Source: an uncultured Sphingobacteriales bacterium (GTDB lineage: Bacteria > Bacteroidota > Bacteroidia > CAILMK01 > CAYYUA01). From it: DNA of 64,000 nt. The position numbers and the translations under genes were made by a program. Of this stretch, positions 18,694-27,302 are shown in pieces; the first letter of the stretch is position 1; each line of letters begins with the position of its first letter. Where the stretch lies: the NCBI GenBank assembly GCA_964542585.1, contig CAZIUI010000001.1, positions 16,824 through 80,823 on the forward strand, given 5' to 3'. The notes beneath the pieces are model-generated. The model did no database searches and had not been told where the DNA came from. It worked only from the letters and a program-made list of their open reading frames with translations.

Positions 18694-19515
18694 TTACTCC
18701 TCAGAGCCGGAAAAGCGATCCATGACAGCTTGGCTTACGCCAACATTGGAAAAACCCCCATCGTGGTAGAGGGTCTGCATGGTGACCATTCTCGTGTAAT
18801 CTGAGAAAAGGGAAACGCAGTAATCTGCACACGCATCAGCTGGTGCATTACCCAGAGGTGACATTTGATCCGCATAATTGTAAAACGCTTCAAATCCCTT
18901 AATTCCCTTACCAGCCGTAGTCATGGTTGGGGATTGGGAAACCGCATTGATACGTACGCCTTTCTCCTGGCCATAATGGTATCCGAAGTTCCGTACAATG
19001 GTTTCCAGCAAGGCTTTGGCTTCTGACATGTCATTGTAATCCGGGAATGTCCTTTGTGCAGCAATATAACTGAGGGTAACGATAGACCCGCCTTCATTTA
19101 AGGCATCCATTTGATAAGCGGTTTGCAGGGTTTTATGAAGGGAAAGCCCGGAAATATCCAGGGTTTTCTGGAAAAAATCATAATTGGTATTGGTGTAAGG
19201 CTTACTTTTACGTACGTTAGCAGACATACCCACAGCGTGTAAGATAAAGTCAAGCTTTCCGCCCAGGGCCTCCATCGACTGGTTCAGGAGGTTTTCTATA
19301 TCCTCGGGCTTGGAGGCATCAGCGGTAATCACCTGTGATTCGCAAGCCTCTGCCAATTCCTGGATTTTACCCATGCGCAAGGCTACGGGAGCATTGGTCA
19401 GCGTGAATCTGGCACCTTCATCGTAAGCTTTTTGAGCTACGGACCAGGCGATGGAATCTTCATCAAGGGCCCCAAAAATGATTCCCCGCTTTCCTTTCAA
19501 AAGGTTGTTTCCCAT
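18694..19515 (-). CDS. fabI: Enoyl-[acyl-carrier-protein] reductase (NADH)
   Basis: 273 aa SDR. N-terminus LKGKRGIIFGALDEDSIAW, catalytic region SYIAAQR...SEAKA, and overall FabI layout. Confidence 0.85.
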   Translation of the reverse strand: MGNNLLKGKRGIIFGALDEDSIAWSVAQKAYDEGARFTLTNAPVALRMGKIQELAEACESQVITADASKPEDIENLLNQSMEALGGKLDFILHAVGMSANVRKSKPYTNTNYDFFQKTLDISGLSLHKTLQTAYQMDALNEGGSIVTLSYIAAQRTFPDYNDMSEAKALLETIVRNFGYHYGQEKGVRINAVSQSPTMTTAGKGIKGFEAFYNYADQMSPLGNAPADACADYCVSLFSDYTRMVTMQTLYHDGGFSNVGVSQAVMDRFSGSEE

Positions 19516-19532
19516 AGTGGTTGATTTTAGGT

Positions 19533-21203
19533 TTATTGGTTGTTATTGATCAGTTCTCGCGCATTTTGGTAGGTGGTTTCCGTCACTTGCTCACCGGCCA
19601 TCATGGCAGCCACCTCAGCTATTCGTTCTTGTTGGTTTAGCACCTTCATGTGGGAAGTTGTATCTTCGGCTTCCGTTACTTTGTAGACGTTGAAGTGATG
19701 ATCTCCTAAAGCTGCAACCTGCGGCAAATGAGTAATGGAAAGCACTTGGTGCTGCTGAGCCAGGCTACGGATCATTTGACCCACTTTCACGGCCGTATCT
19801 CCCGAAATCCCCATATCAATTTCATCAAAAATAATCGTGGGTAGGAAAAGGCTATCAGCCAGTAAGCTCTTAATGCATAGCATTAACCGTGATAACTCGC
19901 CCCCGGATGCCACTTGCTCAACCCTTTGGGGTTGGCTACCCCTGTTAGCTGTAAATCGAAGTTCAATGTGATCTTTGCCTGTAGCTGAAAAAGGTGTTTC
20001 CCCGCCCAAGGGCTCTACATCAAATACCACTTGTGCTTCTGGTATCCCTACAAAAGCCAATTTATCTTGTAGCTGTTGTCCTACCTGATCTTTTACTGTC
20101 TTTCTTTTTGCGGTTATTTCATCGCCTTTTGCATGTAATGCGCTTGCCTGCTCTTCAACGGCCTGACTGGTCTCGGCTATTTGGTCCTGCAGACTGTCCG
20201 CTGATGATAGTTGTGCCTGCAGTTGATCTTTATAGGCTAGTAATTGATCAATCGTTGGAACGCCATGCTTATTCAGGAGCTGGTTCAGGGTCTGTATCCT
20301 TTCATTGACAGCTTCAAGGCGGTTATTATCAACGGTTACTTCCATCTCCAGATCACTGGCTTCCTCTGCAATATCCTTTAATTCGATCTCAAGGCTATCA
20401 AGGCGCTCACTTAGTTGCTGTAATTTCTCGCTATGTTTAGAGACGGCTTGCAATTGGCCTTTTACTTCTCCTACCTGGTTTTGGACGGCTTGCTCGTCAT
20501 GAAGTAGGAGCTGAACGGCCTGCTGCAGGGCACTTTTGATCGACTCAGCATTGCTAAGCATGCTGAGTTCTTGCTCAAGCTCGTCCAACTCACCAGGTTG
20601 AGGATCGGCTTCTACTAATTCATTTAATTGAAATTGGTAGTAATCGTAATCCTGTCTTGCCTGCTGTTCACGGCTTACCAACTGTTGATATTGGTTGCGT
20701 AATTCCTGGTAACGTTTATAAGCTTTCTGGTAATCCTCTAGCAAGGATTGATTACCGGCAAAACTATCCAGGATCGAAAGCTGAAATTCACGGGAATTTA
20801 GGCGAAGGGTTTGGTGTTGGGAGTGAATATCAACCAATTGCTGGCCGAGTTCCCTTAACACATTCAGGGTGACCGGCGTATCATTAATGAAAGCTCTTGA
20901 CTTCCCGGAATGGCTTACTTCACGCCTTAGGACGGTTTGCGCTTCATAGTCCAAATCATGCTCTTCAAAAAAGGAATGAATGGGATAACCGCTGACTGTG
21001 AAAGTACCTTCAACCACGCACTTGCGGGCATTGGCGTTGACAATGGAAGTATCAGCCCGCTGCCCGATAATAAGGCCAAGCGCTCCTACAATAATGGATT
21101 TGCCTGTTCCCGTTTCACCTGTGATTACGTTGAATTGGTCACCAAATTCCACTTCAAGATCCCTGATCAGGGCGTAATTGGTAACCGTTAAATGGGTAAG
21201 CAT
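19533..21203 (-). CDS. recN: DNA repair protein RecN
   Basis: Walker A GETGTGKS, long central coiled coil, signature SGGELSR, Walker B IIFDEID. Confidence 0.95.
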   Translation of the reverse strand: MLTHLTVTNYALIRDLEVEFGDQFNVITGETGTGKSIIVGALGLIIGQRADTSIVNANARKCVVEGTFTVSGYPIHSFFEEHDLDYEAQTVLRREVSHSGKSRAFINDTPVTLNVLRELGQQLVDIHSQHQTLRLNSREFQLSILDSFAGNQSLLEDYQKAYKRYQELRNQYQQLVSREQQARQDYDYYQFQLNELVEADPQPGELDELEQELSMLSNAESIKSALQQAVQLLLHDEQAVQNQVGEVKGQLQAVSKHSEKLQQLSERLDSLEIELKDIAEEASDLEMEVTVDNNRLEAVNERIQTLNQLLNKHGVPTIDQLLAYKDQLQAQLSSADSLQDQIAETSQAVEEQASALHAKGDEITAKRKTVKDQVGQQLQDKLAFVGIPEAQVVFDVEPLGGETPFSATGKDHIELRFTANRGSQPQRVEQVASGGELSRLMLCIKSLLADSLFLPTIIFDEIDMGISGDTAVKVGQMIRSLAQQHQVLSITHLPQVAALGDHHFNVYKVTEAEDTTSHMKVLNQQERIAEVAAMMAGEQVTETTYQNARELINNNQ

Positions 21204-21282
21204 AGCCGCAAGGCGCTGATTTACCTATTATTCAAAACTACTACATCTTTTGCGGAAGGCGGTTGTTAGAAAAAAAGGACCT

Positions 21283-22185
21283 CTACTCTTTGATGGTTTC
21301 TTTATACTGGCTTATATTGGAGGCATCAAGCTTTTTGAGAATATTCATTACCTGGGTCTTCTCGCGGCTCGGGGCTTTGGAGAAAGCATTGCCAATTTCT
21401 TCTCGTTTAGCTTCAAAAAATTGCCTTATAAGAAAAGAGTTCGGAATTGTTTTATGGATATTTTCCAATTTTTTAAGGGCTTGTAGGATTTGTTTGCGCC
21501 CTTCATCGGTCTTCTCGTACATCTTGTCCAACCCTTTCCTGTGGTATTGGTAGAGGGCTTTCCGGAAACCCTCAAACCGAGCACTTAAAAGCTTATTTAC
21601 AAACCGAACCCGGCTTTTGTCACCCCTTGGATCCCATCCTTTAAATTGACTGGATTGGGCGACACTGGCTATGCTCTCAGCTTCTTTGTATTGATCCGAA
21701 CCACCATTGGGACTAAAAGTATCAAAATCGATCCCGATAATTATAAAGGCATAGTAGGCCAGGAGGGAGGAAAGGTTTGAGGAAAACGTGCCACGGGTAT
21801 AGTTGATGTTTTGGTTTTCACGATACTTAAAGTTGAAATTTTCATCAAAATAATTCAACACGCTAGTGGAATAGGAGGCGCCATAAACCGGCCGGCTGCT
21901 TTTAATCCTTGCGGATGCCTTAAAATTTTGCTGTCCTTCTAAATTACTGACGTTGATGACTAAGTTGCATTTGATTTTCTCTTCTGGCTTAAGTTCTTTA
22001 TCTGTCCAATCATTGTCATTCATGAACTGCTTTACGGTCCGCTCAAGCGAGCGAAGAAGCGATTGATTTGTTGTTTGTACCTGTTTGGCTAAAACATCCA
22101 CTTTACACTGTAATTCTTGGGCACTCAGGCTTTGGTAAGAGCAAAAACTTAAGCATGCAAGGCTGATTAAAGCCAATTTACGCAT
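21283..22185 (-). CDS. DUF4835 / PorD-like T9SS-associated protein
   Basis: Signal peptide. The ELQCKVDVLAKQVQTTNQSLLRSLERTVKQFMNDNDWT opening is typical of DUF4835. It holds the conserved position between recN and coaBC seen in Bacteroidota. Confidence 0.7.
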   Translation of the reverse strand: MRKLALISLACLSFCSYQSLSAQELQCKVDVLAKQVQTTNQSLLRSLERTVKQFMNDNDWTDKELKPEEKIKCNLVINVSNLEGQQNFKASARIKSSRPVYGASYSTSVLNYFDENFNFKYRENQNINYTRGTFSSNLSSLLAYYAFIIIGIDFDTFSPNGGSDQYKEAESIASVAQSSQFKGWDPRGDKSRVRFVNKLLSARFEGFRKALYQYHRKGLDKMYEKTDEGRKQILQALKKLENIHKTIPNSFLIRQFFEAKREEIGNAFSKAPSREKTQVMNILKKLDASNISQYKETIKE

Positions 22186-22198
22186 AGGTAACAGGTTC

Positions 22199-22903
22199 TT
22201 AAATGTTAGGAGAGGGGCTTAAACAGTTTTTGAAATGATCGACAATAACCTTTGCCATTTCAAACTTTGGCAGCGCTTGATAAGTGCTTATGGTTTCTTC
22301 CGCATCTATCACCGAAAACGGTATTGAGTGGTCACCAAAGTTTGAGCCTTGATCGTCTACCCGATTTAAAACGACCAAATCCAGGTGCTTATTTCTTAGT
22401 TTAGCTATGGCATTGGCTTCCGGGTCCTCACTTTCGAGGCTAAAACCCGCCACCACCTGCCCGGCATCCTTATTATTGCCGAGGTAGGCCAGGATATCCG
22501 GCGTCTGTTCCAATTCCATATCAAAACTGTGGAGCTTTTGCTTCTTAATTTTTGAATTCTTGGGATTTTTTGGCCGGTAATCGGCTACAGCAGCCGAAAG
22601 GATGGCACCTCTACAATCGGGAAAAAGGTCTTTACACCTTTCATACATCTCTTGGGCCGTTTGAACCCGGAAGACTCCTATGGAATTATGATCAGTAGAG
22701 CAAGAAGAAGGCCCTGAAACCAAGTTTACAAGCGCACCATCCTGGGCTAGCGCCTCCGCTAAAGCAAATCCCATTTTTCCTGTCGAATAATTACCCAAAT
22801 ACCTCACCGGGTCTATGGGCTCATGTGTAGGACCGGCTGTAACCAGGAATGTTGAACCAGCTATAGGTATCAGAATTGGCGTTTTAGGGTGTTTACCAGG
22901 TCT
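22199..22903 (-). CDS. coaBC: Phosphopantothenate-cysteine ligase (CoaB) half of coaBC, in a different frame from the CoaC half
   Basis: The frame is open from 22903. It encodes ...IAGSTFLVTAGPTHEPIDPVRYLGNYSTGKMGFALAEA, the CoaB nucleotide-binding motif. The first canonical start (GTG 22807) lies after the TAGPT...DPVR motif, so the ORF is not self-sufficient. Confidence 0.8.
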   Translation of the reverse strand, partial: RPGKHPKTPILIPIAGSTFLVTAGPTHEPIDPVRYLGNYSTGKMGFALAEALAQDGALVNLVSGPSSCSTDHNSIGVFRVQTAQEMYERCKDLFPDCRGAILSAAVADYRPKNPKNSKIKKQKLHSFDMELEQTPDILAYLGNNKDAGQVVAGFSLESEDPEANAIAKLRNKHLDLVVLNRVDDQGSNFGDHSIPFSVIDAEETISTYQALPKFEMAKVIVDHFKNCLSPSPNI

Positions 22904-23406
22904 TCAGGTTCTGTCATACGGCCCTTACCTTCAAGGCCGCTTGCTAGTGAACCCTCCTCAGGACCTATTACTTGATGACCCCTTTCTTCAAGGATTCGAA
23001 GATTATACTGTACTGCCGAACTTTTATACATGTCCCGATCCATAGCAGGTGCAACCTGTACAGGACAAGTGGCTGAAAGGTAAGTGGCCAGAACCAGGTT
23101 ATCACAAAAACCATAAGTAAGCTTGGCCAAGGTGTTACTTGTCAATGGGGCTATTAAATAGGCATCGGCCCATTTGGCAAATTGAACGTGATTAATCCAC
23201 TCACCGGTCTGCTGATTATAAAAATCTGCAAATACCGGTTTTTCCGAAACTGTAGCCAGACTGAGGTGGCTTACGAAATGGTAAGCATACGGGGTCATCA
23301 ATACTTGTACCTCTGCACCTGATTTTTTTAGCTGGCGGACCAAGTCAGGTGTCTTGTAGGCAGCTATTCCTCCTGAAATTCCTAAAAGAATATGACGCCC
23401 CTCCAT
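22870..23406 (-). CDS. coaBC: Phosphopantothenoylcysteine decarboxylase (CoaC) half of coaBC
   Basis: Flavoprotein motif LLGISGGIAAYK. Ends ...MTEPEDLVNTLKRQF-TGA at 22870-22872, where bifunctional CoaBC proteins normally continue into the CoaB domain. Confidence 0.85.
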   Translation of the reverse strand: MEGRHILLGISGGIAAYKTPDLVRQLKKSGAEVQVLMTPYAYHFVSHLSLATVSEKPVFADFYNQQTGEWINHVQFAKWADAYLIAPLTSNTLAKLTYGFCDNLVLATYLSATCPVQVAPAMDRDMYKSSAVQYNLRILEERGHQVIGPEEGSLASGLEGKGRMTEPEDLVNTLKRQF

Positions 23407-23436
23407 GCCTGTAGTTTATAATTTTAGCAAGAAAGG

Positions 23437-23832
23437 CTACGAGTTTTGTGCTGAAGAAACAGACTCAGGGCTAGTAGGCTTGGTTAAACCTTGTTCCGCC
23501 AATTCTTTCTTGGTCTTTTGATCAAGCTCTGTAAATTTAACTTCCCCATGAAGGAATTCTTCAGTAGCTACAATACTAGGTTTGGGCATCCGCTCATAGT
23601 ATTGGGAAATCTCGATTTGCTCTTTATTTTCAAATACTTCCTCTAAACTGTCAGAGGCCGGGGCAAATTCCTCAAGCTTTTCATGTAGTTCATCGCGTTC
23701 TTCTTTACCCACTTCCCGCGATCGTTGGCCTATAATTGCAATACTTTTATAGATATTGCCAGTGAAAGCCTTTATCCGCTTCATATCCCTTGGTATAGCT
23801 TCGGTTTGCAGGTTTTGCTTATTGATACTCAT
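23437..23832 (-). CDS. rpoZ: DNA-directed RNA polymerase omega subunit (Bacteroidota type)
   Basis: 131 aa. N-terminal NIYKSIAIIGQRSREV omega-like helix and an acidic tail. Conserved position between bamD and coaBC. Confidence 0.6.
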   Translation of the reverse strand: MSINKQNLQTEAIPRDMKRIKAFTGNIYKSIAIIGQRSREVGKEERDELHEKLEEFAPASDSLEEVFENKEQIEISQYYERMPKPSIVATEEFLHGEVKFTELDQKTKKELAEQGLTKPTSPESVSSAQNS

Positions 23833-23872
23833 GTTTGCAAATTTTTAGATTGGGTTTATTAGAAATAAAGTT

Positions 23873-24727
23873 TTACGTGTTGTAACGCGAAAGGATTTCC
23901 TGAGCTTGATTGAGGATCTTACTGACAGCTTCCTTATGCTTAGAAGCAGGATAGGTTTCCAGGAATTTCTTTGCTTTTTGAACGGTCGTTTGGTAACGCT
24001 CTTCTTTCTTAGAAATGACGCTGCGTTCTGCTACATGCCAATAAGAATCTACGATCAAGAACTCAACCTTCTCCCGATTATGAATTGAGGGGTATTTATT
24101 CAATAAATTCTCCAACGAGGTAATGGCTGCCTTGTAATCCAGAATTTTGTACCAGAGCTTAGCTTTTTCAAACGCTTTTTGCTTCAGCTTAGATTCAAGC
24201 TTATCCATGTACTTGTTACAATCCGGAACCCTATCTGAATTGGGATATTTATCCAGGAACAATTTGAAAGCACTCTTAGCTTCTCGAGTGGGCTTTTGAT
24301 ACAGCTCTATTCTGGGACTCTGTTTGTAAAGGCAAAAAGCATGCATATAGAGGGCATCTTCTGCTTTATCACTGCGGGAGTACGATTCATAGTAAGTCTT
24401 AAAACGGAAGGCAGCAACCTTAAATGAACCTACACCGTAATGGCAGTAAGCGTAGTAATAGGCAATTTTTTGACCGCGCTCTGTACCCCTGTAATAAGTG
24501 CGGATATCATCAAAAAGCGTTAAAGCCTTTTGAAATTCATCATTGTTGTAGTATTCTTTAGCTTTCTGAAATTTTTTCTCATTATCTTCACTGTTCAATA
24601 CCTGTTGGTATTCGCTACAGCCCAAGTTAGCAATTAGTAAAATAAAAGTTACGTAAGATAACGCGCGGGGAGATAGCTTCTTTCTATGCAATGTAAGACT
24701 CAGGGAAGAACGAAAGGTTTTTGCCAT
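23873..24727 (-). CDS. bamD: Outer membrane protein assembly factor BamD (TPR lipoprotein)
   Basis: Lipobox IANLGC, TPR-like repeats rich in Y/K/A, and synteny with rpoZ-coaBC. Confidence 0.75.
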   Translation of the reverse strand: MAKTFRSSLSLTLHRKKLSPRALSYVTFILLIANLGCSEYQQVLNSEDNEKKFQKAKEYYNNDEFQKALTLFDDIRTYYRGTERGQKIAYYYAYCHYGVGSFKVAAFRFKTYYESYSRSDKAEDALYMHAFCLYKQSPRIELYQKPTREAKSAFKLFLDKYPNSDRVPDCNKYMDKLESKLKQKAFEKAKLWYKILDYKAAITSLENLLNKYPSIHNREKVEFLIVDSYWHVAERSVISKKEERYQTTVQKAKKFLETYPASKHKEAVSKILNQAQEILSRYNT

Positions 24728-24887
24728 TAGCTAATAAGGGGGAATTTCATCAAACAAATTTACAACAATTTCCAGGCTGACATTCAAAATAAAAGGGTTT
24801 TTCACAAAAATAGCTGAGCTTTGTTCATGGTAACGTGATTTTTTGTGCTTTTGTATTGGACTTTTCCAAGAATTCAAGGGTTAGCTT

Positions 24888-24895
24888 TAAATTTG
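24888..24895 (+). promoter_or_regulatory. Candidate Bacteroidota -7 promoter box (TAnnTTTG)
   Basis: TAAATTTG lies 24 nt upstream of the ATG at 24919. No clear -33 TTG was found. Confidence 0.3.
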
Positions 24896-24918
24896 GACTT
24901 GTGAAAAAGGATAAGTAG

Positions 24919-26169
24919 ATGGATATTTTTCAAAAATTATTGGATAATCCGGGCCCGTTGGGCGTTTACGCTAAAGAGGCGCATGGATATCTCACCTACC
25001 CTAAGTTGGAAGGACCTATTGGTAACCGCATGTACTTCAGGGGCAAGGAGAAGGTTGTTTGGAGCGTGAATAATTACCTGGGGCTTGCAAACCATCCGGA
25101 AGTTCGGGAAGCAGATCGTAAAGGTGCCGAAGAAAATGGCCTTGCTAGCCCTATGGGTGCCCGAATGATGACGGGAAACACTGATCAACATGATAATCTG
25201 GAACAGGAATTATCTTCCTTTATCCAAAAAGAGGATACGTTCTTACTGAACTACGGTTACCAAGGTGTGCTTTCGGTTGTTGATTCCCTTACTGATCGTA
25301 AGGACATTATTATTTACGATTCCCAATCCCATGCTTGTATTATTGATGGCATCAGGATGCACAATGGGAAGCATATGTGCTTTCAGCACAATGACATACA
25401 ACATCTGGAAAATCAGCTTGCGAAAGCATCGCGCTCATTGAACCCGGATGAAGGTGGAATTTTGGTTATAACTGAAGGCGTCTTTGGGATGTCTGGTGAT
25501 GAGGGGCTCATAAAAGAAATCGTACAGCTTAAGCACCAATACGATTTCCGTTTATTGGTAGATGATGCCCACGGTTTTGGAACAATGGGCCCAAACGGAA
25601 GTGGTGTTCCGATGAAGCAAGGTGTTCAGGAGGATGTGGATGTGTATTTTTCCACGTTTGCTAAATCAATGGCTAGCATTGGGGCTTTTGTATCTGGCGA
25701 TGAAGACATTATTTACTTCCTGCGTTACAACATGCGCTCGCAGATTTTTGCGAAAAGCATGCCGCTTCCTATTGTTATTGGAAACCGGAAGCGGTTGTCT
25801 TTAATACGTAGTTCCTCGTCTCACAACGAAAATTTATGGCATAACGTCCAAAACCTCCAAGAAGGTTTACAAGAAGCGGGTTTTAATATTGGAAATACCA
25901 CAACACCCGTCACGCCAGTTTTCTTGAACGGAACTGTTCAAGAAGCCACCAACCTTACTACAGACCTGCGAGAAAATTACGGAATCTTCTGCTCAGTGGT
26001 TATCTATCCGGTTGTCCCAAAAGGAACCATTTTGCTAAGACTAATTCCCACGGCTGTTCATACGGATGAGGATGTGACGCTGACCATTAATGCTTTCAAA
26101 GACGTAGCTAAAAACTTGTATAACAAAAAATACGATAAATCTCGTTTAATAGAAATAGCTGAAGTTTGA
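24919..26169 (+). CDS. Alpha-oxoamine synthase family PLP enzyme (SPT / KBL / cysteate-acyltransferase-like)
   Basis: DDAHGFG, PLP-lysine motif STFAKSMAS, and an N-terminal YPKLEGPIGNRMYFRGKEKVVWSVNNYLGL pattern typical of the family. Substrate cannot be assigned by eye. Confidence 0.8.
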   Translation: MDIFQKLLDNPGPLGVYAKEAHGYLTYPKLEGPIGNRMYFRGKEKVVWSVNNYLGLANHPEVREADRKGAEENGLASPMGARMMTGNTDQHDNLEQELSSFIQKEDTFLLNYGYQGVLSVVDSLTDRKDIIIYDSQSHACIIDGIRMHNGKHMCFQHNDIQHLENQLAKASRSLNPDEGGILVITEGVFGMSGDEGLIKEIVQLKHQYDFRLLVDDAHGFGTMGPNGSGVPMKQGVQEDVDVYFSTFAKSMASIGAFVSGDEDIIYFLRYNMRSQIFAKSMPLPIVIGNRKRLSLIRSSSSHNENLWHNVQNLQEGLQEAGFNIGNTTTPVTPVFLNGTVQEATNLTTDLRENYGIFCSVVIYPVVPKGTILLRLIPTAVHTDEDVTLTINAFKDVAKNLYNKKYDKSRLIEIAEV

Positions 26170-26249
26170 ACAATTACTTAAACTGCCGGTCCATTTAATT
26201 GTTCCGTTTAAAATATTTAGGTTTTTTTTAAACCAATAAAACGGCAGTT

Positions 26250-26444
26250 ATGGATCGCTACGCTGAACTCCGATCACTTTTGTTATCGCTAGAAACCGAC
26301 TTTCGAAAGTTCTACGAAGAAGGTAACAAAACAGCTGGTACAAGGGTAAGAAAAGGATTACAGGATCTCAAGTCCCTTTCACAGGAAATCCGAACGGAGG
26401 TACAGGACATGAAGCAAACGGAAACAAAGGATGAATCTTCCTAA
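26250..26444 (+). CDS. Histone H1/Hc1-like small basic protein
   Basis: 64 aa. The GNKTAGTRVRKGLQDLK core resembles the Bacteroidota histone-H1-like family. Followed by a strong terminator. Confidence 0.55.
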   Translation: MDRYAELRSLLLSLETDFRKFYEEGNKTAGTRVRKGLQDLKSLSQEIRTEVQDMKQTETKDESS

Positions 26445-26447
26445 AAA

Positions 26448-26477
26448 CCCGGAAAATCACTTTTCCGGGTTTTATTT
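26448..26477. terminator. Bidirectional intrinsic terminator between the H1-like gene and pcm
   Basis: cccggaaaa-tcac-ttttccggg forms a 9-bp perfect stem, with A5 before it and TTTTATTT after it. Confidence 0.75.
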
Positions 26478-26481
26478 GGTA

Positions 26482-27183
26482 TCACCAGCCATGTTTACCC
26501 TTTAATAAGACAAACCTGAATTGGTCAAAAGTTTCCTTTTGATAGTTTTTGGAGTCTGTTTTTGTTATCCGGTACATGAGTTGACCATCTTCACTACCAA
26601 TTGGTATTACCATTTTTCCGTCTAGTTTTAGTTGGTCCAAATAAACCTTTGGAATAGATGGAGCCGCGGCCGTTACCAGGATTCGGTCAAATGGAGCCTG
26701 ATAGGGCAGTCCTTCGGTACCATCCCCCAGATTTAAGTGGATTTGGGAAGAAAGCCCTATGCTAGTAAGGGTTTGTTCAGCTTTGGCTAAAAGACTTTCC
26801 ATACGCTCAATTGTGTAAACAGTAGCTCCCATTGACGCTAAAATTGCGGCTTGATAGCCAGATCCGGTTCCGACTTCCATGATCTTTAAACCCGATTGAA
26901 CCTGTAGTAATTGGGTTTGATACGCTACCGTGAAAGGTTGGGAAATGGTTTGCCCTTCCCCAATGGAAAAGGGTTTATCTTCATAGGCATGCTCAGCAAA
27001 AGCAGTATCTAAAAACCAATGGCGGGGCACTTGCTCAAAGGCATTGAGTACTGCCTGATCTTCAATGCCTTTTTCCTCAAGCTGTTGAATAAGCTTTCTA
27101 CGAAGCCCTTTTAAACGGTAAGAGTCCTTCACTATAACGGTAATTAATGTTACACCTTCAAAAATATCAAATCCCGACTTCAT
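26482..27183 (-). CDS. pcm: Protein-L-isoaspartate O-methyltransferase
   Basis: GQTISQPF and the SAM motif IMEVGTGSGYQAAILA. Length and layout are typical. Confidence 0.9.
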   Translation of the reverse strand: MKSGFDIFEGVTLITVIVKDSYRLKGLRRKLIQQLEEKGIEDQAVLNAFEQVPRHWFLDTAFAEHAYEDKPFSIGEGQTISQPFTVAYQTQLLQVQSGLKIMEVGTGSGYQAAILASMGATVYTIERMESLLAKAEQTLTSIGLSSQIHLNLGDGTEGLPYQAPFDRILVTAAAPSIPKVYLDQLKLDGKMVIPIGSEDGQLMYRITKTDSKNYQKETFDQFRFVLLKGKHGW

Positions 27184-27302
27184 GAGGAGGGTAGAAGTTA
27201 ATTTAAAAGCAAGTTCGTGCGTGGTAAAAGTGGTAAAAAGGTTGTAACCATCTTACTTTTGCATTTGGAAATTTTGGCACCCCATTAAAACTAGTATTGT
27301 AA

